64,000 nucleotides of DNA from a virus, in IMG/VR virus record IMGVR_UViG_3300045988_155520, positions 32,001 through 96,000 of that record, one strand, 5' to 3'. Position 1 is the stretch's first letter, and every line of letters begins with the position of its first letter. This document shows, in pieces, positions 55,309 through 64,000 of the stretch. The translations under genes and the position numbers were made by a program. The notes under the pieces were generated by a model. The model saw nothing but the letters and a program-made list of their open reading frames with translations, had not been told where the DNA came from and did no database searches.

Positions 55309-58300
55309 CTATTTTTTATAAATTCTACCTCGACCTTTGGTATCAACATATAGACCTTTCTTAAGGATATCTTGTGATACTGTTTGTCTTGTATTTTTTT
55401 CATTAACAAACTTATAATCAGCAAAGTAAAAACCTTCACGATAATTATCCTGTTTATCTTCTATTAAAGGTGGGGTTAAACCTGAACGAATAGTTTTTAC
55501 TGGTTTACTTCCATATATAAACCATTCGGCTTCATCATTTTTTGTATTATTTTTACGTCTACTTCTACATCCCCAACATTTCGCATCCACAACTTGTTTT
55601 GTATTCTTATCATAATAATATATGTAAGCAATAAACATAAAATTAGTTTTTCTTCTATCCAGATAATTTTTAATCATTTCATAAAAGTCAAAAGGACCTG
55701 TTGGTATAGTTTCTTCAAATGGGGTTACACCATCTGTTGCCTCCATCAATTTATTACCTTGTCCACTGAAACGTGAAATACCAAACCTAATATACTTACA
55801 TATAACCCTCTTACTATTGTTGTTAGAGATACCCGAACGAACAGGTGCTTTAACCTTAAGAGGTTCCTGCTGACTGGTTGTAACACCCTCTTTAATAACT
55901 TCCGCTGTTTCGTTTGTAGTACCACTTCGGTTTGGAGTCGGTGTTGGTACTGAAGATTGAGTTCTTGATGACTTGTTTCTTCTATGTCCAGTAGACTTAG
56001 CATTAACAGCCTTGGCATCTACAGCTTTAGCATTTACTGCCTTTGGTTGAGATTCTACTTTATTAGCAACATTTGTATCTTTTGCACCAACTTCATCATT
56101 AGCATCACTTATTGGTACTGCTTCTGACTCTGGCAAATTATAATTTACTTCAAACGGCTTAAAGTAGGTAAGTTTACCATTACTATATTCTGCCTGTTCA
56201 GACCTATTATCATATACCTCTGTATTGGCATAGTAATTGAATGATACAGCATTTTGAAGACGAGCAATAGGTCCAGATAGACCGCTACCACCTAAGAAGC
56301 TAAAGCTAATACTAATATCAGCAAACATTGGCATTATACCTATACCCTCTTGATTTAAATCCCACTGAACAGGGTCATATTGAATACTAATAGATTTAAT
56401 TGCAATCTTTGTATAATAGAAATCACCTATTCTAAGAATACATACTGGCGGTCTACCGAATGCAAGGTTATTAGCTATACGATTATTCTGATTAACATCG
56501 CTTGCACCAATTGTAGGACCTTGACGTGTACACTGATGTAAGAATGTTAAGCGTGCATTAAAACCTTCAGGTGATACAGAATGGAATGCAGGGTCAAAGT
56601 ATTTTACTTTTTCGGTAACTAAGTTATGCAATGTAGGGTCATTAAGTTTGAGTAATTTAAAGAACTCACCCTCATTATCATATCTTGGATAATTTCCTAA
56701 TTCTGTTTTATTCTTTGCTTTATCATTATCATTTACATTTTTCTCACCAATACATTTTTCATACAACTTCCATGCTTGGTCTGGCGTTATACTACCTTTC
56801 TCTACAACAGACATAACTTTCGCTTTACACTCATCATCTGTCATACGACTCGTAACTTCTGACATTGTTGTAAAGATTTTTTCTGTACCATTACCATTAT
56901 CTTTACTGAATGTCGGATTTTCCAATAAGCTAATAGCACTTAAAAGTGTATCTAAATAGGGGTCTGTATCACCACAAGGTATTCCTTCGATACCTTTCTT
57001 GTATATATTGACAATTCCCTTAACTTCTTCTATATTATACTGTTTAGCTATATAAACACCATCACGATTACTCTTTAAGTCGTCAACTATTTTTAGTGCT
57101 AAAGTTGAATAAACAAACTTATCGCCTATATCTTGTTTCTGTTTACCATAATCTTCAAGATATTTCAGCCCTACAGATTTACTAAGTTCTTTTCTGACTC
57201 TGTCATAAATACGAGGATAGCTACAGTATTGGATTGCATAATCACGAAGTTTATCATAATCATATTTAGTATATAAACTTATAGATGTTTCTTCGTTTAA
57301 ATATACTTGTTTGATTACTTTACTAAACTCTTTATCATCGTTTAACAAGGATGGATTACCATTTGTTTTGTAGAATAAATCAACACTTTCTAAAAACCAT
57401 GGTTCATAATAAACATATTGATTCTTATATTCTTCTTCAAATTCTAATCTATGTGCATTACCCCATTTATAAATGTTATCAAAGTCGAATACAACAGGTC
57501 TTCTGGTTGTTTCATCTGGATAGAAATTATAATCATAGAAATAACGATATGCCATAGCCTTGTTAAATGACTGTTGGTCAGTCACATTCACTTCTGGAAC
57601 ACCATTTCCTATTACTTTTTCACGTGTTTCTGAATTTGATGTTGAAGTTTCATCTGATGTAGATGTAGTTTCTCTTGAATAAACACTTGATGAATCATTG
57701 GAAGATAAACTTGCAGTTCTGTAAGCATCTCTTATCCATCCACGTATCTTTTCTCTATTACTATCACTGAATCCATCTATTTCACCAGTACACTCTTTGC
57801 CCTGAATGCCATTTCCGTACAGTTTAAGGAGTTCTTTTTGTGTACTACTGTCATTCATCCACATGTCCACACTTAAGCGGTTATAAGCGTTCTTAGGACG
57901 TGAATAGAACTTGTTCCAATAATGTGCACCACAACGCATAATGAAAATATCATTACAAGTATATCCTGTTATATTTCCATCATTATCCTTTGAACCTAAT
58001 ATAGTCCAATCTTTTCCTTCTTCATTGTCAAGTTGTGGCAATTTAGGGTCTTGCAGAATCTTAGGTGTATTAGTCATACTGTCTTGACTATCCACAGTCA
58101 AAGCGTCTCTATAATGAATGATAATAGCAGCACTTCTCCATTGCTTGATAAGTATGTCATCCACGTCATTATTAGCAATTCTTTTAGGTGTTGTTTGAAT
58201 ATTTGTTCTTGTATTATTTTCACCTGATTTTGCTAAATCTTGGAACGGTGATTTAAAAGAAGAAAACCATGCTTTAGCTGTATCAGCTCTTTGCATCGCC

Positions 58301-61287
58301 AACTTTGTATTTCGTTCTACGTTTACACTATCACTTTTATTATCACCATGTATAGATGCATGTCCACGATATTCTATCTTAGTTATATTATATTTACCTT
58401 TAAGTAAATCTTTAACTTTTGATAAACCTTCTTCGTCCACACAATCTTTATAGAAATTAGTTATTTCTTCATTATTATGTAAACCTACATACATATCAGC
58501 AAAACTAACTATTTCGTCAGTTTCTTTAAGACCAAACAGTCCTGCTTCTGGAGTTTTTTTGTAACCAATACTGTTTAATGAATGAGATTTCTTATCTACA
58601 TAGTTATCCCACATAGAAACACCTGTCTCTATGTCTACTAATCTCTGGTTGATAACATCGTCGGTTTTGTCAACACGATACCACCATCTTCTATGCTGCC
58701 ATTCTAATATACTACTACCAATTCCCTTTTCGTACTTTATTGGAATGACATTAAACTGTGTTAATATTTCACCTTTTTTAACAAATATTTTTCCATTATC
58801 AAGGTAAACTCTTGCTTTTCCATCTGGAGTAATTAGGTATTTTTTACCATTATTATTTGTCTTAATAGTAATATTGTCATATCTTTTGCTATTAAATACA
58901 ATAGAGAATCTATTAACTTTTGGTAATTTAGTACTATCTAATACTCCGCCTAAGATATGTTTTCCACCTAATCCATTAATTTCTTCTGGTGTAAATTCAT
59001 GACGTAATCCTTTACATGTCACAACAGCACTGGTGATTGGTTCAATATATGCAATAACTAAAGTCTTTTCTTTAGGGAATACTGTTGCGTTGAAAGAAGA
59101 TTCTTCTACAGTATTTCCTCCATAGTGATATTGTAATTTACTTCCGTCTCCAACATCACCTAATGTAAATTTGAATGTCTTATTACCGTTTATTTCAACT
59201 GTACATTCATTTTCTGTGTCTAATGGAAAATTACTTATATCAGCACGAACATAATTCTGGGATTTCATAATTGTACTTGAAATAATTCCCTTATCATATC
59301 CGTATTCTTTATCACCCCATTTTACTTTGTTTGCTTTAGAGTTAGAAAGTACTTCCATTGCTGCATAATAGGTCTTATCATCACCTTTTACTTTGTAATC
59401 AATAAAAGCATTTTCACTATCGGCAACACTATTTTTATAGTTTGCGGTATCAAACAACATATCCTCAGAGTTCTTGAAATTCTGAGGTGTTCTTGGTTCA
59501 ATATTCTTACCAAAAATACTTATACCCGTACTTCTTCCACTATTTAAACCAGCTCTTCTTGGTTTATTCATTTCATATCCAACACCATACTCTGATAAGA
59601 CATCTACAGCTACATCTGAAGGTAAACCCTCAAATGGTCTGGTTGGATTTGATGTGTTTTTAGTCTTAAACATTTGTGTTCCAAGACCATTAATCAAATA
59701 ATCGTATGCGTTTACAATACTATTTGTTCCTGGTGCATCACTTACACCAGAATAGTTATTAGGATAATATATTAAACAATATAGTTTTTTATCTTCAGGG
59801 TTAGGAGGGGTATCTGGTGAGGGAGAAGCAACTGGTGGTGTATCTTGAACATGGTCTGGTTCAGGCATTCTAAATTTACCAGCCTTTAATACTTCACAGC
59901 CTGCAAAGAATCTTAAAATTTGCTGTTCATTACTTTCAATATTATCAACGCCAGAGTTTGATGAATCTTCTGTTTTATTACCGTCACCTCTCAAACCATG
60001 TTCCCAATAATCAATTATTGATGGATGGTCAATTAATAAAGTAAATGACAAATTACCAGTTCTCTCTGTATTAGCATATGTATATATTTTCTCACCACGT
60101 CCTATAAATGAAGTTTCTCCCCAATCTACATTAACACTTTCATCAAACTTAATATTATATGGAGGGAACCACATAATTCTACCGCCAAAAGGTCCTTTTT
60201 GTTCTGGAGATAACCCATTATCTTCAAACTTCTTTGTGTCACTCATTTTGAATGTATCTTTCCAAGCGAGATTTTCTATTGAAAACATACATTGTTCTAA
60301 TCTAACTTTGTTGGCAGCGGTGCTTATACCATCTCTATAATCTGATACACTTACAACTGGTGCAATATTAGGCAGACCATTTAAGCGGTTCATTGTTCCA
60401 TACTTATCCAATCTTTCTCCGCCAGTTCCAAACTTGTCATCAGACCCATTATTGAATTTATAAGACGGACTTCTAAATGCACCCCAGTTATAATCGCTTT
60501 CAAGTGTTGCTTGACTTATTTTAGATGTATTCTCAGCGTCATCATCCTCTACAAATGGACGTATACCATCAATTAAAGTATGATATTGATGATGATATGT
60601 CCAAACACGGCAATAAGGATTATCATAACCATACGAACTTGTTGGGATTCTTTTTAAAAGATTTCGTCCATGTGACATACCATATTTCTTTGATATAGCA
60701 GTCTGAACTGGATTACTGTCATCTTTAGAATCTTCGGAATTTGTGTGAAATCTTGCAACCAACGTCCTATACTTACCAGCGGTGAAATTATCATTAGTTT
60801 TCTTTAAAAGTTCGTTTTGAGATAATTTGTTACTTCTGCCATTAAAACTTTCAACAAGCCCACTATGCCAAACACCAGCATTTGCTTGAGTTGCCACAAT
60901 AGCCCTATTCTGAGTAACATCGTCCTCAGATTCTGAATAATATGTATTGGTATCTTGAGTGTTTGTAGATGTTCCAGTAAAAGACATTGCCCAATCCTTT
61001 AGATTTTCAACATCTCTATCTACATCAGCAAAATGTACCGTTGGTTTATCACCATAGAAAGTAAATCTCTTATTATTATATATTCTTCTTACATGGTCAA
61101 ATATATATGTATAATCAAAACCCATCAAACTGACAGGTTTATGTCCAAGACCTTTTAATACCGTTGTGATTGAATCATAAGAATTTCTTTCTCCAATAGA
61201 ACGATTGATTAAATCTCCATTTTCGAGAACATTTTTTATTCCTGATTTACCTATTTCTTTAACTATATTTAATCCTTTCTTCGCCAT
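55309..61287 (-). CDS. giant tail-module protein (1992 aa) with an OmpA_C-like peptidoglycan-binding motif
   Basis: Uninterrupted ORF between the tape measure and the LysM-like gene. Motif at 58264-58368. Confidence 0.7.
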   Translation of the reverse strand: MAKKGLNIVKEIGKSGIKNVLENGDLINRSIGERNSYDSITTVLKGLGHKPVSLMGFDYTYIFDHVRRIYNNKRFTFYGDKPTVHFADVDRDVENLKDWAMSFTGTSTNTQDTNTYYSESEDDVTQNRAIVATQANAGVWHSGLVESFNGRSNKLSQNELLKKTNDNFTAGKYRTLVARFHTNSEDSKDDSNPVQTAISKKYGMSHGRNLLKRIPTSSYGYDNPYCRVWTYHHQYHTLIDGIRPFVEDDDAENTSKISQATLESDYNWGAFRSPSYKFNNGSDDKFGTGGERLDKYGTMNRLNGLPNIAPVVSVSDYRDGISTAANKVRLEQCMFSIENLAWKDTFKMSDTKKFEDNGLSPEQKGPFGGRIMWFPPYNIKFDESVNVDWGETSFIGRGEKIYTYANTERTGNLSFTLLIDHPSIIDYWEHGLRGDGNKTEDSSNSGVDNIESNEQQILRFFAGCEVLKAGKFRMPEPDHVQDTPPVASPSPDTPPNPEDKKLYCLIYYPNNYSGVSDAPGTNSIVNAYDYLINGLGTQMFKTKNTSNPTRPFEGLPSDVAVDVLSEYGVGYEMNKPRRAGLNSGRSTGISIFGKNIEPRTPQNFKNSEDMLFDTANYKNSVADSENAFIDYKVKGDDKTYYAAMEVLSNSKANKVKWGDKEYGYDKGIISSTIMKSQNYVRADISNFPLDTENECTVEINGNKTFKFTLGDVGDGSKLQYHYGGNTVEESSFNATVFPKEKTLVIAYIEPITSAVVTCKGLRHEFTPEEINGLGGKHILGGVLDSTKLPKVNRFSIVFNSKRYDNITIKTNNNGKKYLITPDGKARVYLDNGKIFVKKGEILTQFNVIPIKYEKGIGSSILEWQHRRWWYRVDKTDDVINQRLVDIETGVSMWDNYVDKKSHSLNSIGYKKTPEAGLFGLKETDEIVSFADMYVGLHNNEEITNFYKDCVDEEGLSKVKDLLKGKYNITKIEYRGHASIHGDNKSDSVNVERNTKLAMQRADTAKAWFSSFKSPFQDLAKSGENNTRTNIQTTPKRIANNDVDDILIKQWRSAAIIIHYRDALTVDSQDSMTNTPKILQDPKLPQLDNEEGKDWTILGSKDNDGNITGYTCNDIFIMRCGAHYWNKFYSRPKNAYNRLSVDMWMNDSSTQKELLKLYGNGIQGKECTGEIDGFSDSNREKIRGWIRDAYRTASLSSNDSSSVYSRETTSTSDETSTSNSETREKVIGNGVPEVNVTDQQSFNKAMAYRYFYDYNFYPDETTRRPVVFDFDNIYKWGNAHRLEFEEEYKNQYVYYEPWFLESVDLFYKTNGNPSLLNDDKEFSKVIKQVYLNEETSISLYTKYDYDKLRDYAIQYCSYPRIYDRVRKELSKSVGLKYLEDYGKQKQDIGDKFVYSTLALKIVDDLKSNRDGVYIAKQYNIEEVKGIVNIYKKGIEGIPCGDTDPYLDTLLSAISLLENPTFSKDNGNGTEKIFTTMSEVTSRMTDDECKAKVMSVVEKGSITPDQAWKLYEKCIGEKNVNDNDKAKNKTELGNYPRYDNEGEFFKLLKLNDPTLHNLVTEKVKYFDPAFHSVSPEGFNARLTFLHQCTRQGPTIGASDVNQNNRIANNLAFGRPPVCILRIGDFYYTKIAIKSISIQYDPVQWDLNQEGIGIMPMFADISISFSFLGGSGLSGPIARLQNAVSFNYYANTEVYDNRSEQAEYSNGKLTYFKPFEVNYNLPESEAVPISDANDEVGAKDTNVANKVESQPKAVNAKAVDAKAVNAKSTGHRRNKSSRTQSSVPTPTPNRSGTTNETAEVIKEGVTTSQQEPLKVKAPVRSGISNNNSKRVICKYIRFGISRFSGQGNKLMEATDGVTPFEETIPTGPFDFYEMIKNYLDRRKTNFMFIAYIYYYDKNTKQVVDAKCWGCRSRRKNNTKNDEAEWFIYGSKPVKTIRSGLTPPLIEDKQDNYREGFYFADYKFVNEKNTRQTVSQDILKKGLYVDTKGRGRIYKK
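55999..56043 (-). repeat. 3 x 15-nt in-frame tandem repeat (KAVNA KAVDA KAVNA)
   Basis: agcattaacagcctt / ggcatctacagcttt / agcatttactgcctt, read directly from the sequence. Confidence 0.7.
58264..58368 (-). other. OmpA_C-like core motif
   Basis: RGHASIHGDNKSDSVNVERNTKLAMQRADTAKAWF follows the OmpA/MotB pattern GHTDxxG...N..LS..RA..V...L. Confidence 0.55.
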
Positions 61288-61348
61288 TTCGTTAATACAT
61301 ATTACCTATTAAATAATAACATTTTTCTTTGGTTTATGAATAGATATA

Positions 61349-63925
61349 TTAAGCTGTTCTGTGTCCAGAATCAATACCTACTCCTCTGTCATAACTAACA
61401 TTCCTATTCTTCATACCCATGTTAGCTTGCTTATTCATATTTTCTCTGATACTTGCCGTAAGTGAACGTTCTAATTCTTTCTTAATAGCATCCATATCAA
61501 TATTGCTTATTTTTCCATCTGAACCTCTAAGGTTAATATCACCGCTAACATTTACATTGATATTACCAAATTCCATTTTACCAGAATTAACTGGTACTGT
61601 ATCTTCTTTCCTTCTTGGGTCAGCAAAATAAGTTGGTTCACCGACTGGTTTAACAGTAATCTTAGTATGTCTCACTCCTGCTGTACCATTTTTGATAACA
61701 GTTGTACGGTCATTTAAGTTCTCAATAACTGTAGTTTGTCTATTAATAGCATCTACAACACTACTACTACCTGTTTTAATATCTTCTCTAACAGCTGTTG
61801 TTGCTTTATCTTCGTTACTATTATAGGTGTTATTTGTACCTCCAGTGCGTGAACTTTCAGACATACTTGCATCTGTCCATGCTGTACTGTTATAATTTGT
61901 ACTATATGAACTATTGTAGGTACCAAGTCCTCTTCTTCTCATGGTGTTTCCAGATGAATCCGCTGACTGCATTGCACCTACATTATCATAAACGACTTTA
62001 ACTTTAGATTCATCTTTCTTTTGTGCATCTGCAATTGCTTTATTAAAGCCTTCTTTTCTTTCTTCTCCAGTTGCACCCATTTTGTCTACAGCCTGTTTTC
62101 CAAACACCATAACTTCTTTACCGATTGTTATGGCATTCCCAACCAATCCAGTTGCAGCTTTGAAGGTTTGTCTTGTTTCGTCTTTTATAGTACTAAAGTC
62201 ACTTCTTAACTCTTCACCTCTTGCATCTTTAGAATCCCATCCTTTCAGACCCATTCTATCCAATAAGGTACCCACACCATTATATACTTCTTTTCCTAAT
62301 GTAATACCAGAAGCCAATTTAGAAATATTGTCTAATGTGTTTTGAGTACCTTTATCAGCACCAAATAATCTTCCAATAACAGCAAGTGATGATAATATAC
62401 CTTGAATAGCTACACCAAACCATCCCAATAATGCCATTACAGACCATTGCGCAACTACAGCAGCACCAGCAGCTATACCTTGAATTAAGACCTTTGCAAG
62501 ACCTGTCCAAAAGCGTGGATTTACAAGGATTCTTATTCCACTAACTAACATCTTTAATAAGCCAACAGACACACTAATACCATTTGCAACAAGATTTGTT
62601 ATAGTAGGCACTAATTTACTTATTAAGCTCTTAAATCCATCAAGCATAGGGAATAAAGTTTCTGCCAATTGTGCACCTATCATAGCCTGTATACCTTCAA
62701 TTCTCTCACTGACACTGACTATCTGTTGTGCACCGCTCATAAATGCTTCTCTATCCGTCATGCTTTCCTGCTTTTGAAGAGCCATGACTTCTTCTGGTGT
62801 CATTTGACTAATCTCCTTAGTTTTACCAGAAACATCTGTAATGGTAAACTGACCTGTCTTAGTATCGTATTGTGCTTTATTTTCAACGAACGCTTTTTGT
62901 TCTTCTGTTAAATGACTCAAAGCACCGCCTGCTTGTTGGTCTACGAATTTAACTTTTGCGGATGATTTTGCTATCTGTACAGCTTCCTCTGGATTCATAC
63001 CCATAGCCTTTGCCTGTTCCTTAATTAAAGCCATGTTATACCCAGTAAGTTCACTCATACCAGTTTTAGTGTTGAATGTACCTAAGCTGCCAAATATATC
63101 AGTCATTCTCTTTGTAAGAGCCTCTGGGTCATTCAATGACTCATATAACATAGTCATTGGATTAGAGCCGTATGTAGCACCCATACCACCTAACATCTGA
63201 AGATTTGCTGAAGATTCTATAGACCCTTGTATAGAGCTAAATTTATCTATAACACTTCCCATTGACTGTAGGTTGAAACCGAGTTTCTCTGAAAGTGCTG
63301 TCATCTTCATAATGCCATTAACACCGTCAGCAAACTTATATTGGTTTGCCATTTTGATGTTTTGTGCAACTTTAGCTGAGTACTCCTGAGCTGATAAACC
63401 CATTCTTGTTGCTTGGGTATAACTATCAATGGCTAAATCCATTGCCCCCTGAACACTACCACCAAATTTCTGATACTCTTCATAGAATTGGGACATAGCT
63501 GACTCGCCAATAGTTCTATTAGCAGCAACAGCTATCTCTGCTTGTGCATCATTAAACATTATAGCTTTACCAGTGGCTTTGGATAAATTCTCTTGAATTT
63601 GTCCGATAGCTTCACTTGTAACACCATATACGGCAGCTAAATCTTTGGTACGACGTATTAAAGTACCAGTGTAAGCAACACTTGACCCGTAATTTAAACC
63701 AATTTGACGGGATGTTTTAACACCCATTTCGTCAAATTTCTGTAGTTCAGTTAAGCCACTTTTAATCATGGCTATCGGGTTTATGAGTGAGAAAAATGAG
63801 CCAACGACTTTTTTCGCACCATTCAACAATACGTTAGAAGCACCAGTAGCACCACCAACGACTATTTTAGCAAAATTTTTTCCAGCAAAACCAAGTATAC
63901 TTCCTATAACAGCAATAGGTGCCAT
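61349..63925 (-). CDS. tail tape measure protein
   Basis: 858 aa. Gly/Ala-rich hydrophobic N-terminus, several hydrophobic segments mid-protein (LFPMLDGF...ITNLVANGISVSVGLLKMLVSGI...AAGAAVVAQWSVMALLGWFGVAIQGILSSLAVIG), mostly helical composition, and position at the head of the tail/baseplate genes. Confidence 0.7.
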   Translation of the reverse strand: MAPIAVIGSILGFAGKNFAKIVVGGATGASNVLLNGAKKVVGSFFSLINPIAMIKSGLTELQKFDEMGVKTSRQIGLNYGSSVAYTGTLIRRTKDLAAVYGVTSEAIGQIQENLSKATGKAIMFNDAQAEIAVAANRTIGESAMSQFYEEYQKFGGSVQGAMDLAIDSYTQATRMGLSAQEYSAKVAQNIKMANQYKFADGVNGIMKMTALSEKLGFNLQSMGSVIDKFSSIQGSIESSANLQMLGGMGATYGSNPMTMLYESLNDPEALTKRMTDIFGSLGTFNTKTGMSELTGYNMALIKEQAKAMGMNPEEAVQIAKSSAKVKFVDQQAGGALSHLTEEQKAFVENKAQYDTKTGQFTITDVSGKTKEISQMTPEEVMALQKQESMTDREAFMSGAQQIVSVSERIEGIQAMIGAQLAETLFPMLDGFKSLISKLVPTITNLVANGISVSVGLLKMLVSGIRILVNPRFWTGLAKVLIQGIAAGAAVVAQWSVMALLGWFGVAIQGILSSLAVIGRLFGADKGTQNTLDNISKLASGITLGKEVYNGVGTLLDRMGLKGWDSKDARGEELRSDFSTIKDETRQTFKAATGLVGNAITIGKEVMVFGKQAVDKMGATGEERKEGFNKAIADAQKKDESKVKVVYDNVGAMQSADSSGNTMRRRGLGTYNSSYSTNYNSTAWTDASMSESSRTGGTNNTYNSNEDKATTAVREDIKTGSSSVVDAINRQTTVIENLNDRTTVIKNGTAGVRHTKITVKPVGEPTYFADPRRKEDTVPVNSGKMEFGNINVNVSGDINLRGSDGKISNIDMDAIKKELERSLTASIRENMNKQANMGMKNRNVSYDRGVGIDSGHRTA

Positions 63926-64000
63926 ATTTTATGTAGTTTAATTCTTATTTTATTATAAATAAATAGCTTATTAACGTTTTTTAAAATATTATATTTGGCT

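Noticed and set aside
1-64000. Alternative genetic code or stop-codon reassignment, as seen in some large gut phages.
   Set aside because: ORFs of up to 2380 codons are uninterrupted under the standard code, and gene ends coincide with terminators or tight stop-start junctions.

Overview
This window looks like an internal slice of a large, AT-rich tailed-phage genome (about 30% G+C judged from a few hand-counted lines). I accept 41 protein genes, 37 of them on the minus strand. All calls come from reading motifs in the ORF translations; I ran no searches. The gene content is that of a distant T4-like myovirus. It includes a gp13-like neck protein, gp25-like and gp6/J-like baseplate proteins, a tape measure, a gp32-like SSB and a UvsX/RecA-like recombinase. 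It also includes a DnaB/gp41-like helicase, a DnaG/gp61-like primase, Rad50/SbcC-like and Mre11/SbcD-like nucleases, a FEN/RNase H, NrdD+NrdG and thymidine kinase. Eight genes are preceded by a TGTATCTTTGCA-type box that contains the Bacteroidota -7 consensus TAnnTTTG, so the host is probably a member of the Bacteroidota (inference). About 60% of the window is taken by nine very large structural ORFs, three of them 1992-2380 aa. Items worth a second look: (1) The helicase P-loop is split by a 275-aa intein that starts with Val and shows a Trp/Cys/Thr pattern, making it a candidate class 3 intein with a shrunken LAGLIDADG core. (2) A separate 146-aa mini-intein sits in NrdD. (3) A tnpB-only IS200/IS605-type element is inserted between two tightly packed phage genes. 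It has predictable ends, a candidate TTCAT target/TAM and a near-leaderless promoter. (4) A full sigma-70-family factor is followed by a tandem-repeat protein that is 31% Glu. (5) The 2380-aa tail/baseplate protein ends in three different cell-envelope enzyme domains, and the 1992-aa neighbour carries an OmpA-like motif. (6) The tail/baseplate module is split by about 14.7 kb of replication genes. (7) There are two roughly 80-nt pure A/T tracts, one of them inside an open reading frame. (8) A second recurrent upstream motif, NTATTTAT, may be a phage-specific promoter class. I found no rRNA, tRNA or CRISPR array.
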